Of a stretch of DNA of 64,000 bases, positions 37,137-45,174 are shown piece by piece. Numbering within the stretch: position 1 is the stretch's first letter; every line of letters starts with the position of its first letter. The stretch lies in assembly GCA_964643135.1 (NCBI GenBank), contig CAZXPC010000004.1, positions 4,716 to 68,715 of the forward strand, written 5' to 3'. This DNA comes from an uncultured Candidatus Saccharibacteria bacterium (GTDB taxonomy: Bacteria > Patescibacteriota > Minisyncoccia > UBA6257 > Colwellbacteraceae). Below the pieces are notes generated by a model. That model did not search any database, had not been told where the DNA came from, and saw only the letters and a list, made by a program, of their open reading frames with translations. A program made the position numbers and the translations under genes.

Positions 37137-38432
37137 TTAGATGTTGTGGATCATGCAACCAAGGATCGTCCCAGCACCCGGGTCGGCAGAGAAGGTAGCT
37201 GTTAAGGTGTCTGCAGTTGGTACAACCTTGTTCAAGCTGACAGAGTTAGCTGAGGCGTCTAGTGAACAGGCCACTACTGCCGTTGACCTTAAACCAGTCA
37301 TAGTGAACGCGTTTGAAGTGGCGCCACCGCCGTAAGTCGTGCTGCGGATCATTGCAAACTGGTTCTGAATCAATGAAGTGGTAGCTGGAGGGGAAGTCGG
37401 GGTAAGAACAAGGGCTCCTGTACCGTACTGGATTGTTGTTTTAGATGTAGTGTTAGATGAACCAAGAACGATTGTCTGAACAGCTGCGCCAGTACCGATC
37501 TGGATACCGTGGGCAGTTGCGCCGTTACCGATCAAGATAGCGCCAGCTGCAGTACCACCTTCTAAGGTAAGCGTTGAGCTTGCGTGAGCAGAACCAACGG
37601 CAACAAGGTCAGCGCCGGTTGCGTCAGCGCCAACGTTGATAGTTGTTGTTTTTGCAACAGCATCGTTACCAACGTTCAAGTTTCCTGTACCAGCGTTGAT
37701 GGTGGTAGCAGAAGTTGAATTGGTTGAGCCGAGAACAACAGTGTTTACGGCTGCGCCAGTACCGATCTGGATACCGTGGGCAGTTGCGCCGTTACCGATC
37801 AAGATAGCGCCAGCTGCAGTACCACCTTCTAAGGTAAGCGTTGAGCTTGCGTGAGCAGAACCAACGGCAACAAGGTCAGCGCCGGTTGCGTCAGCGCCAA
37901 CGTTGATAGTTGTTGTTTTTGCAACAGCATCGTTACCAACGTTCAAGTTTCCTGTACCAGCGTTGATGGTGGTAGCAGAAGTTGAATTGGTTGAGCCGAG
38001 AACAACAGTGTTTACGGCTGCGCCTGAACCAATGCTTATTGTTTTTGCAGTAGCACCGTTACCGATCGAGATACCGCCAGTGTTTGCGGCACCGATTGAA
38101 ATGGTTGATGATGTTGCGTTGTCGAACAATGTGTTAGCGCCCCCGGTGACTGCGCCGTTGTAGGTAGTGGCACCGGTTGCGGTAGCGTTACCAAGCGTTA
38201 ATGTGCCCGTGGTCAAAGCGCCGCCCATCAAGATGTTCGATGCGGCTGCGGCTTCGAGGGTTAAGGCTCCGCTGCTGGTTGCTGTTAATGCGCCAAAAGT
38301 CAAAGTTGCTGAAGCTCCGTTGACTCCGACTACTCCGACCATCAAGGACAGTACGCCCAAGATGAGTCCTAATTTTGTTAATTTGTTTTTAATCATTTTT
38401 GTAAAATTTGTAATTGTTTTTTGGGGAATCAA
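37137..38432 (-). CDS. Secreted Ala/Thr/Gly-rich repeat protein (adhesin-like) containing a perfect tandem duplication
   Basis: Signal peptide; an 89-aa unit (…GSTNSTSATTINAGTGNLNVGNDAVAKTTTINVGADATGADLVAVGSAHASSTLTLEGGTAAGAILIGNGATAHGIQIGTGAAV…) occurs twice identically, then a third diverged copy. Confidence 0.7.
   Translation of the reverse strand: MIPQKTITNFTKMIKNKLTKLGLILGVLSLMVGVVGVNGASATLTFGALTATSSGALTLEAAAASNILMGGALTTGTLTLGNATATGATTYNGAVTGGANTLFDNATSSTISIGAANTGGISIGNGATAKTISIGSGAAVNTVVLGSTNSTSATTINAGTGNLNVGNDAVAKTTTINVGADATGADLVAVGSAHASSTLTLEGGTAAGAILIGNGATAHGIQIGTGAAVNTVVLGSTNSTSATTINAGTGNLNVGNDAVAKTTTINVGADATGADLVAVGSAHASSTLTLEGGTAAGAILIGNGATAHGIQIGTGAAVQTIVLGSSNTTSKTTIQYGTGALVLTPTSPPATTSLIQNQFAMIRSTTYGGGATSNAFTMTGLRSTAVVACSLDASANSVSLNKVVPTADTLTATFSADPGAGTILGCMIHNI
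37483..38016. repeat. Perfect 267-bp direct tandem duplication (2 copies) inside the adhesin-like gene
   Basis: Identical antisense ORFs at 37636 and 37903 are offset by exactly 267 nt; the sequence is nucleotide-identical across both units. Confidence 0.85.
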
Positions 38433-38684
38433 ATTCTTATATCTTCGATTTTTGTTTTTTGGAGTAAACCGACCTTAAGATGTTTTACTCTAAAAAAACA
38501 AATGTTTAATCGAGTCTAAAAATTTGAGGTTTATAATTTTATACTTTTCCTTCTTATGATTATCACGAGCTTCTAGACGGCTCACGAGAATCTGCGACCT
38601 TTCCATAAACCGCATTTTGCGGATTGCAATTATTATAACATAGCAAGGCTTCGGGTGCTGAAAGATCAAACTGTGGATATCTTC

Positions 38685-38820
38685 CCGCCTCCGAAATCCG
38701 ATCTACCCTTCAGGGCACAGCATAAATCTCTGCTGAGATTTTGCTTTCCGCTCACCCGCCTACGCGGGCTTCCGCGAATCCCTTCAGAATAGATTCGGAT
38801 TTCTCGGCTATGCTAAGGAG
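38685..38820. repeat. Dispersed intergenic repeat, module II (hairpin/TIR element) containing module III
   Basis: Termini cccgcctccgaaatccgatctaccc ... agattcggatttctcggctatgctaaggag are mutually inverted and homologous to the termini of 52031-52223; interior 38731-38787 is homologous to 47668-47727. Confidence 0.75.
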
Positions 38821-38889
38821 TGTGTTGTGAAAATTGCAATCGACGCAAAGGGTCACAATATAAAACGTCTCTTCGGGTAGAAAATTACA

Positions 38890-38917
38890 AACGGCAACCG
38901 TGTGGTGTTGCCGTTTG
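38890..38917. terminator. Intrinsic terminator 3' of the 38941 gene
   Basis: aaacggcaac-cgtgtggt-gttgccgttt perfect 10-bp stem flanked by A/T. Confidence 0.6.
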
Positions 38918-38940
38918 AAGTTGCCGATTAAGATTGCTGT

Positions 38941-40011
38941 TTAAATCAGGTCGTTGACCTTGGCGCGGGTTAGCGGGCCAAAGTTGCCATAGCCCGGCGA
39001 ATTAATACTCGTAACAATGCCATACTTTATCTGGAACCGGCCGACGGCGGCTCTGGTACGGAGGCCGAAGTAGCCTGTAACCAAGCCTTCGGGGTAAATA
39101 TCTTTGCCCTGGTTCTTGAGGAACATTTGGAGCCGGCTGACCTCGATGCCGGTTGAACCGAGCGATAGTGACTTCAAGAAAAGGATGCCGACCATGATAT
39201 TGCCGCTTGGATTTCCACTCGTATCAATACTGCTACTCAACCCGGGCGGGATCGGCATAGGTGACGGCATTGACGTCGGAGCCGGGGTAGGGCTTGGAGC
39301 GGCTGGCGGAACATATGAATAGTCGAGCGTAACTGTCGCTGAAGCTAACGGGGAAAGATTGTGGGCGGCGTCCCTAAATTGAGCGTAGACAGTTTTCGAA
39401 CCGCTGCCGGAAGAAAGAACCCAATTTCTGGTCGAAGCGAAAGACTCCCAAGACATACCGTAGAAATCCGGAGCGGAGCCAATAATCATTTCGGTCGCGC
39501 CGGTTGCGGCAAGACCGAGAGTAACACTGGTAGAGTTTACCACTGTCGCTCCGTTATTAATCGAGACAGAAACATTGGTCGGGGCATATTGATCAACCGG
39601 ACTGGTACTGTAAGAAGTGCTTTTTATCGGCGCGGTATAAAAGCTCCATGAATAGGGCAGGCCGGAAAGGGCTACTCCTTCGGCGGAGTTCGCCGCAGAA
39701 ATGGTCGCCATATATTGGGCGCTCAGATGGCTGTAGCTACTATGAGCCAAGCTAACTGTTTTGGAATCGGTCCAAGTGGCGGTGTAATTTTCTGGAGGAT
39801 TGGTCGAGAAAACCAAGGAAGATGGATTCATAATCTCGGAAAAGGTTATGACGATCGGATCGAGAGTATTCTGATGAGTTGAATTATTGGCCGGGTAGAC
39901 GCTCACAACATATGGCGTGTTAGCTGCTTTGACCGACGAAGAGCCGATAACTAAAAAGGAGGCCACTGCAAACACTCCAGTGAAATGCTTTATAATATTA
40001 AGTTTTGTCAT
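38941..40011 (-). CDS. Secreted surface protein with C-terminal PG_binding_1 domain
   Basis: Signal peptide after MTKLNIIKHF (start chosen at 40011; ORF track extends to 40053); Pro-rich PAAPSPTPAPTSMPSPMP linker; C-terminal GSTGIEVSRLQMFLKNQGKDIYPEGLVTGYFGLRTRAAVGRFQ. Confidence 0.6.
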   Translation of the reverse strand: MTKLNIIKHFTGVFAVASFLVIGSSSVKAANTPYVVSVYPANNSTHQNTLDPIVITFSEIMNPSSLVFSTNPPENYTATWTDSKTVSLAHSSYSHLSAQYMATISAANSAEGVALSGLPYSWSFYTAPIKSTSYSTSPVDQYAPTNVSVSINNGATVVNSTSVTLGLAATGATEMIIGSAPDFYGMSWESFASTRNWVLSSGSGSKTVYAQFRDAAHNLSPLASATVTLDYSYVPPAAPSPTPAPTSMPSPMPIPPGLSSSIDTSGNPSGNIMVGILFLKSLSLGSTGIEVSRLQMFLKNQGKDIYPEGLVTGYFGLRTRAAVGRFQIKYGIVTSINSPGYGNFGPLTRAKVNDLI

Positions 40012-40119
40012 AATGTAGAAAATTATATCACATTCGCGCAAAACAAAAACCACCCGTTTTTAGGCGGGTGGAATTTGTTTGATTTAGAAAGTCTCAAGTC
40101 AATCTAAACCAGTATCTGC

Positions 40120-43100
40120 TTAGTGCTGGAGGTTCTCTGAGTCCAACGGCAAGTTCTTCACTAAGAAGTCGTTGTTCCAGTCAGTTGTGCCAACAGTGTG
40201 GCCGCTAGCTGAAACGTCGGACCAGATGAAGCTTGGGTAGGTTGAACCGCTGTTTGCGCCCTGGATAGTTAAGCCAGAGTCAGAGTCGGTCGTGGTGGCA
40301 GCAACAGTCGAACCGGCAGCATAGGTGCTGGTTACAAGAGTAATGGTTGTTACCTGTACGCCTGCGTTAGCAGAGACAGCGGTAACGTTCAATACTACCT
40401 GGTTGTCAGTACCGTTAGTACACTTGATCGACAAGATGCTTGCAACAGTGGTGGTAGTGTTACCAGTTCCGTTAATAGCATCGTAGGCGTTACAAGTGAA
40501 GCCATCGGTCGTAACCAAAGTACCGGTGATGTTGCCAATTGTGTTGGTGGCAGCGCCAGTTTCGGTCAAGATGATGGTTCGGCCAGTCGTAATGGTACCG
40601 AATGATCGGACCTCGTTGGTGCCGCTTCCTGATCCACCCAATTCTTCAACCTCTCCAGTGTTGGTTTGGCTGTAGGTGTCATCCGAAACAGAAGTCATGA
40701 TCGTGTAGCGCTTGTCGCTAGCAGTCACGGTACCTGAGTTATCAACATCCTGGTAAGCAAAACCAGTGGTCGGCGCGTTGTGAGCCGTGGTCGGCGCAGC
40801 AACTGAAGTCGAGATACTGCTGGTTGAGCCGTTGTCTGAAGCGATAGTTGCCTTAAGAGCGTAGTTAACCGAAGCGCCGCCGCTAACTTGCTGTTCCACG
40901 TTAAGTGTGCCAGCAGCGTTAGTCGGAACGAAGATGAATCGGCAAACCAAGGCAGTTGCATCACAGACCGCGTCAGAGTTAGTGACGTCGAGGATTGTGA
41001 AGACACCGGTGATCTGCTGGCTTGAATCAGAGTTCCAAAGAGCCGGAGCAGTAATAACTACTTCCGAAGTCTTGTTAACGGTGAAGACAAGCTTGTTCCA
41101 GCCGACAGTGCCGCCGTTGGCTGCGATGTTCAATTTGTCCAAAGTGATGCCGGTACCGTTCGAGATAACTGTGGAAGGTAGGGCAACGTTGGTAAGCATC
41201 GGGGTGGAAGCGTAAGCGTACATAGCGTTAGCTGGTGAGCTTACGGTCGTTGTAGCGTTAGTACCGGTTGAGCTGGTGGTCTTGTACTGGGTCAAGGTAG
41301 CTGTGATAGCTTCACCTGAAGTACCAGCGTTGAAACCAACTGTTCCCAAGACTGCGTCAACGTGAAGCACCTTGGTAACAGAGGTAACTGGGATAGACAA
41401 GCCGGTGAAGGCTACTGTGGTCGACCCTGGCATGGTGGCTAAGACGTTGTTAGACGAGTCCTTCAATTGAACTGACGAGACTGAAGTTGCCGCAGCAAGG
41501 GTTACAGTTACGTCGGTCAAAGTGTAGGTGTCGTTCGTCGCTGTCCACTTCCAGGCGCCGATCGTGTTCGTTGAATTGTCGAACAAGTTCTTAGCCAAAG
41601 GAGTAGAAGCGTCCAAACCGCTAGCAATCGTGCCGGTGGCGGCAGTAATGATCTGGCCCGAGAAGACTGCTAAGTCAGTGCTGGTGGAGCTGCTCGTACC
41701 GTCAGCTTTGGTGTACAAAGATGTCGATGAGGAAGCAGTCACGCCGACAACATCCATCTTAGTGATGATGGCATCGCCAGTTGTAATCGAAGTACCGATA
41801 TCTGCGTAGACATCAATCTGGGCTGTTCCGTTGATCGGAAGAGTGTGAGAGATGGACCAAGTGTTAGCGCCGGCGGTCGTGCTGACAGTCGGTTTAACAT
41901 TGGCTTCGGCAGTACCGTTGTAAACGATCTTGACGTTGGTCAAGTCATCAGCAGTGAAGGTCGTGCCAGTAGATGTAGCGAAGTCAACGCCAATTGTGTT
42001 GAGGTTGATTGCTTCGGTAGAGCTGCCAGTTAACTGGAACGAAGCCATCTTGTAGTTAGTCTGAGGAATAACCGTAGTCTGGTTCGTGTAGTTAGATGTC
42101 TTGGCGATAGTCAAAGTTCCGGCCTTAACGGTAACAGTGTTAGCTGAAACCGCGGCAGGAGGAACAGTTGAAAGCACGCCGGAGACTGAACCCTGCGCGT
42201 TGTTAGCCGTACCTGCGTTCAGCCTGGCCTGTAAGGTGTCGGTTGAAGCGAGGGTAGGAGTACCATCGGCGTCGTAGACGTCAGCCCGGATTTCAACAGT
42301 GTTAACACCGACTGGCAACGTTGTGTTGACAGTGTAGTTTGTCGAACCGCTGGTTGAAATGTTCTGAGTGCTGCCGTACTGAGCGCCGTTGATTACGATT
42401 CGGCCGTTGCGGAGTGAACCGACAGCTGAACCGCCAACTGCAGTGTAAACAACCTGGGCATTCAATGAGTCCAACTTAACTGGTTCGCCGTAAACGGTAA
42501 AGTTAAATTTACCAAGAGATACGTCCGAAGCGTTAAGAGTAACGTTGCCTGATGGAGAATCAGATGCCTTTTGGACAGTGATGCTGCCAGGGGTAACGGT
42601 TTGCGTGCCGCCGGTTGGCTTAGTACCAGTGATGGTAAGACCAACGCCGTACTGAACATCGATCAAACCGATGTCAGCCACAGAGCGCAAGTTGAAGGCG
42701 AAGGTTCGGTTAGAACCGCCGACAACGTCAGCTACAACTTTGAATGTCCTTGAACCAGCTAAAAGCTTAACTGGAGCAGCGGAAAGGTCAAAGGTAACGT
42801 AACCGTTAGAATCAAGCGATGGGACTGCTGAACCAACCAAAGCTCCATCTACGTAGAGACGGAAGTTTCGGATGTCAGAGTAAGCGATTGATCCAACTTC
42901 GTGAAGCGCTAACCATTTTAGCCAAACATCTTTGCTAACGCTCAAGGTGTAGGTACCCCATACGGTGATATCTACGCCAGGGTTAAGAGAAGTGTTGGTT
43001 GAAGGGTTGTTGCTTGCACCGTCGGTAAAGCTAACAGCTGAAAGGTTCGCTGAAGTTGCAACGGTCATCAAGTTGCCAGACAAGCTGGTTGGGGTGACGG

Positions 43101-43941
43101 TACCGTTTGCAGTGAATCCAGTCATTCTGATGCCGATCGTTGAACCGGCTGAAGCGTTGCCGATGTCGGCTTTAACAGAAATGACCTTTGAGCCATTAAC
43201 TGTGAACAAGCCGCCGGCGTTGGTGAAGTTGATAGCACCGCCGCTCGTTACTGAAGCGCCGTCGGTAAGACGCATTGCGCCATCGTAAAGATAGACGTTC
43301 GCTAAATCAGAGTCAGCAGAGATACCAAACCTCTGAAGGTTGACTGCTGTAACTACGCCAGAACCGGTAAAGGTGACGTGTAGGAAGTCAGCGCCTGCCT
43401 CTCCAAGGTTAGAAACCGTGCTAACTACAACAGTTCTAGAAGCTGGGGTGTCAGACGATAGGAATGCTGACACGCCTGAAGCTGGAACTGGAGTTGGGGT
43501 CGGAGTTGGGGTCGGAGTTGGGGTCACAACAACGCCACCGAGACTGGCGATCTTAGCCCTAGTGATAGGACCGAAGAAGCCGGTTGCTGGTACGCCGTGT
43601 AATTCCTGCCATCCCATTAAAGCTGCTTTGGTTTTTAAGCCAAAGTAGGTGGTCTCAAAACCAGGGCGTCCTGCGCCGTCCGATGAAGGAGCAACGAGTG
43701 AGCCGTGGGTGTTGAGGTAGATTTGCAATTGGCGAACATCTTCTCCGACAGATCCGACTGTGAGGTTTCGGGTCCATACGTAGGTAGATGAGGAGCCTTG
43801 CAAAGCTGCTAACTGAGCTTGTAAGGCTGCTAACTGAGCTTGCAAGTCAGAAACAGTAGCCGCGTGAGCAGCGCCTGAACCAACAAGAAGAGTTACAGCC
43901 AAAAGAGCGACAGTCGCAATCTTTTTAAATGCGATACTCAT
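40120..43941 (-). CDS. Giant (1273 aa) secreted surface protein with N-proximal PG_binding_1 domain and long beta-rich Thr/Ser/Gly/Ala-rich body (candidate S-layer/adhesin)
   Basis: Signal peptide; LQAQLAALQAQLAALQG heptad; VGEDVRQLQIYLNTHG...GFETTYFGLKTKAALMGWQ PG-binding motif; TPTPTPTPTPTPVP linker. Confidence 0.7.
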   Translation of the reverse strand: MSIAFKKIATVALLAVTLLVGSGAAHAATVSDLQAQLAALQAQLAALQGSSSTYVWTRNLTVGSVGEDVRQLQIYLNTHGSLVAPSSDGAGRPGFETTYFGLKTKAALMGWQELHGVPATGFFGPITRAKIASLGGVVVTPTPTPTPTPTPVPASGVSAFLSSDTPASRTVVVSTVSNLGEAGADFLHVTFTGSGVVTAVNLQRFGISADSDLANVYLYDGAMRLTDGASVTSGGAINFTNAGGLFTVNGSKVISVKADIGNASAGSTIGIRMTGFTANGTVTPTSLSGNLMTVATSANLSAVSFTDGASNNPSTNTSLNPGVDITVWGTYTLSVSKDVWLKWLALHEVGSIAYSDIRNFRLYVDGALVGSAVPSLDSNGYVTFDLSAAPVKLLAGSRTFKVVADVVGGSNRTFAFNLRSVADIGLIDVQYGVGLTITGTKPTGGTQTVTPGSITVQKASDSPSGNVTLNASDVSLGKFNFTVYGEPVKLDSLNAQVVYTAVGGSAVGSLRNGRIVINGAQYGSTQNISTSGSTNYTVNTTLPVGVNTVEIRADVYDADGTPTLASTDTLQARLNAGTANNAQGSVSGVLSTVPPAAVSANTVTVKAGTLTIAKTSNYTNQTTVIPQTNYKMASFQLTGSSTEAINLNTIGVDFATSTGTTFTADDLTNVKIVYNGTAEANVKPTVSTTAGANTWSISHTLPINGTAQIDVYADIGTSITTGDAIITKMDVVGVTASSSTSLYTKADGTSSSTSTDLAVFSGQIITAATGTIASGLDASTPLAKNLFDNSTNTIGAWKWTATNDTYTLTDVTVTLAAATSVSSVQLKDSSNNVLATMPGSTTVAFTGLSIPVTSVTKVLHVDAVLGTVGFNAGTSGEAITATLTQYKTTSSTGTNATTTVSSPANAMYAYASTPMLTNVALPSTVISNGTGITLDKLNIAANGGTVGWNKLVFTVNKTSEVVITAPALWNSDSSQQITGVFTILDVTNSDAVCDATALVCRFIFVPTNAAGTLNVEQQVSGGASVNYALKATIASDNGSTSSISTSVAAPTTAHNAPTTGFAYQDVDNSGTVTASDKRYTIMTSVSDDTYSQTNTGEVEELGGSGSGTNEVRSFGTITTGRTIILTETGAATNTIGNITGTLVTTDGFTCNAYDAINGTGNTTTTVASILSIKCTNGTDNQVVLNVTAVSANAGVQVTTITLVTSTYAAGSTVAATTTDSDSGLTIQGANSGSTYPSFIWSDVSASGHTVGTTDWNNDFLVKNLPLDSENLQH

Positions 43942-44370
43942 TTTGTAAATTAATTCGTAAAATCTTTTTGTATTATTTGGATGATACCTTGCAAGTTACC
44001 ATCATCGACCAGCTGCTCTACACATGTGAGGTTTGTGCCTTTCCCACCTCGGCCCCTCAGCCCACTTGTGAGGTGAGGGGCTAAGGCGAGGTATAAAGCG
44101 GCGAGCTGATGTTTGCAAAGATCCTAGTAACAATTTCGGACGGGGCAGATCTTAAAAAAGAAATGACCTCGAGTGAGGCGATGACGTGAACGAAACAGGT
44201 ACGAAGGATTCACCTCGGAAACGAGGAGACGCCTTGCGCCTGTAAAAATATTTGCTTAGGTAGGCCTCACTTCCTGCCTAAATCAATATTTACTTAATGC
44301 TAGCACGTGAGATCACATGCTTGCAATAGGGTAAAACGCGGCGTCAACCGCAACGTTACATGGCAGGTTC

Positions 44371-44392
44371 GACAGCTTGCGCGCCAACTCGG
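44371..44392. repeat. Dispersed intergenic repeat, module V (22-mer shared with 52146-52167)
   Basis: gacagcttgcgcgccaactcgg identical at both sites, within a 460-nt structured non-coding spacer. Confidence 0.6.
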
Positions 44393-44403
44393 ACAAGCTA
44401 AGT

Positions 44404-45090
44404 TTACCGGGTGATTGCCGTTTGGGTAGGAAGGGAGACTTCGAGGGACTCGAAGTAGCTGTTGGGGCCTCCCCCGCCGATACGCTTAACTAGCTGTTTT
44501 TCGATCAGGTTTTGGATGTCGTTCCGGATGGTTCTTTCGCTCACTTCAGGCATGGCTTCCAAGATGTTTCTTAAACGGCAAAATGGAATTTCCCGGACGT
44601 GGCGGAGAATTGATCTTTGGCGATCTGTTATCGAATCCCGCTCTGAAGATGCGCTGACAGACCTAAGCTTTATCTCTATTGGCGCGATAGATTTTTTGGA
44701 CTCGATCAGTTTATTCGGCAAAGTTGAAGCGGCAAACATTCCTGAGATATCGAGGTCGTTGCCGGTTGAAGCCAACTTGATGGAAGCCTGGTGCGCTTGA
44801 ATTGCCGTTTGGAGATTGCCCAGCTCCCGCCTCAAGACCATGGCATTCACAGTTTTCATCTCTTCCACAGACTCGGCAAGGGAGATCAGGCGTTCTAACT
44901 TATCCACAGGGCTCGCAAAAATATCTGACATTTGATCTTTAATATTTGACAGCGCCGGCAAATTGGCGAGGAAATCAACCGCGGCATTTTCAATTTCTTT
45001 CCGCAATTCGGCATTGGTCATAACGGCGGCGCAGCGAAAAACGGCATAAGAGATGTCGTGGCACTTTTGGCTGATCGGGCTGAGAGACAT
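44404..45090 (-). CDS. Hypothetical protein with C-terminal winged-helix DNA-binding domain (DeoR-like HTH)
   Basis: C-terminal RQRSILRHVRE...RLRNILEAMPEVSERTIRNDIQNLIEKQLVKRIG resembles a wHTH; true start possibly the internal Met at 45021. Confidence 0.4.
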   Translation of the reverse strand: MSLSPISQKCHDISYAVFRCAAVMTNAELRKEIENAAVDFLANLPALSNIKDQMSDIFASPVDKLERLISLAESVEEMKTVNAMVLRRELGNLQTAIQAHQASIKLASTGNDLDISGMFAASTLPNKLIESKKSIAPIEIKLRSVSASSERDSITDRQRSILRHVREIPFCRLRNILEAMPEVSERTIRNDIQNLIEKQLVKRIGGGGPNSYFESLEVSLPTQTAITR

Positions 45091-45174
45091 AATGTGGAAA
45101 ATTGTAATATGGAAACGGCAAGTTAGTCAAAGGACTCCTCGAAACAAATTGGTTTCTTCGCTATACTATTTATT

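Noticed and set aside
37636-38163. Two identical 72-86-aa plus-strand ORFs (MIVVVFATASLPTFKF…)
   Set aside because: They lie antisense to the tandemly duplicated adhesin gene. Their identity merely reflects the 267-bp duplication.
43942-44403. Possible RNase P RNA, tmRNA or SRP RNA in the structured spacer
   Set aside because: None of the conserved cores was present on either strand: GGAAAGUCCGGGC / ACAGAA.CCGGCUUA for RNase P, the tag ORF plus T-arm for tmRNA, or the GGAAG…GCAGCC domain IV for SRP RNA. A GGTTCGACA segment near 44365 lacks a complementary T-stem.
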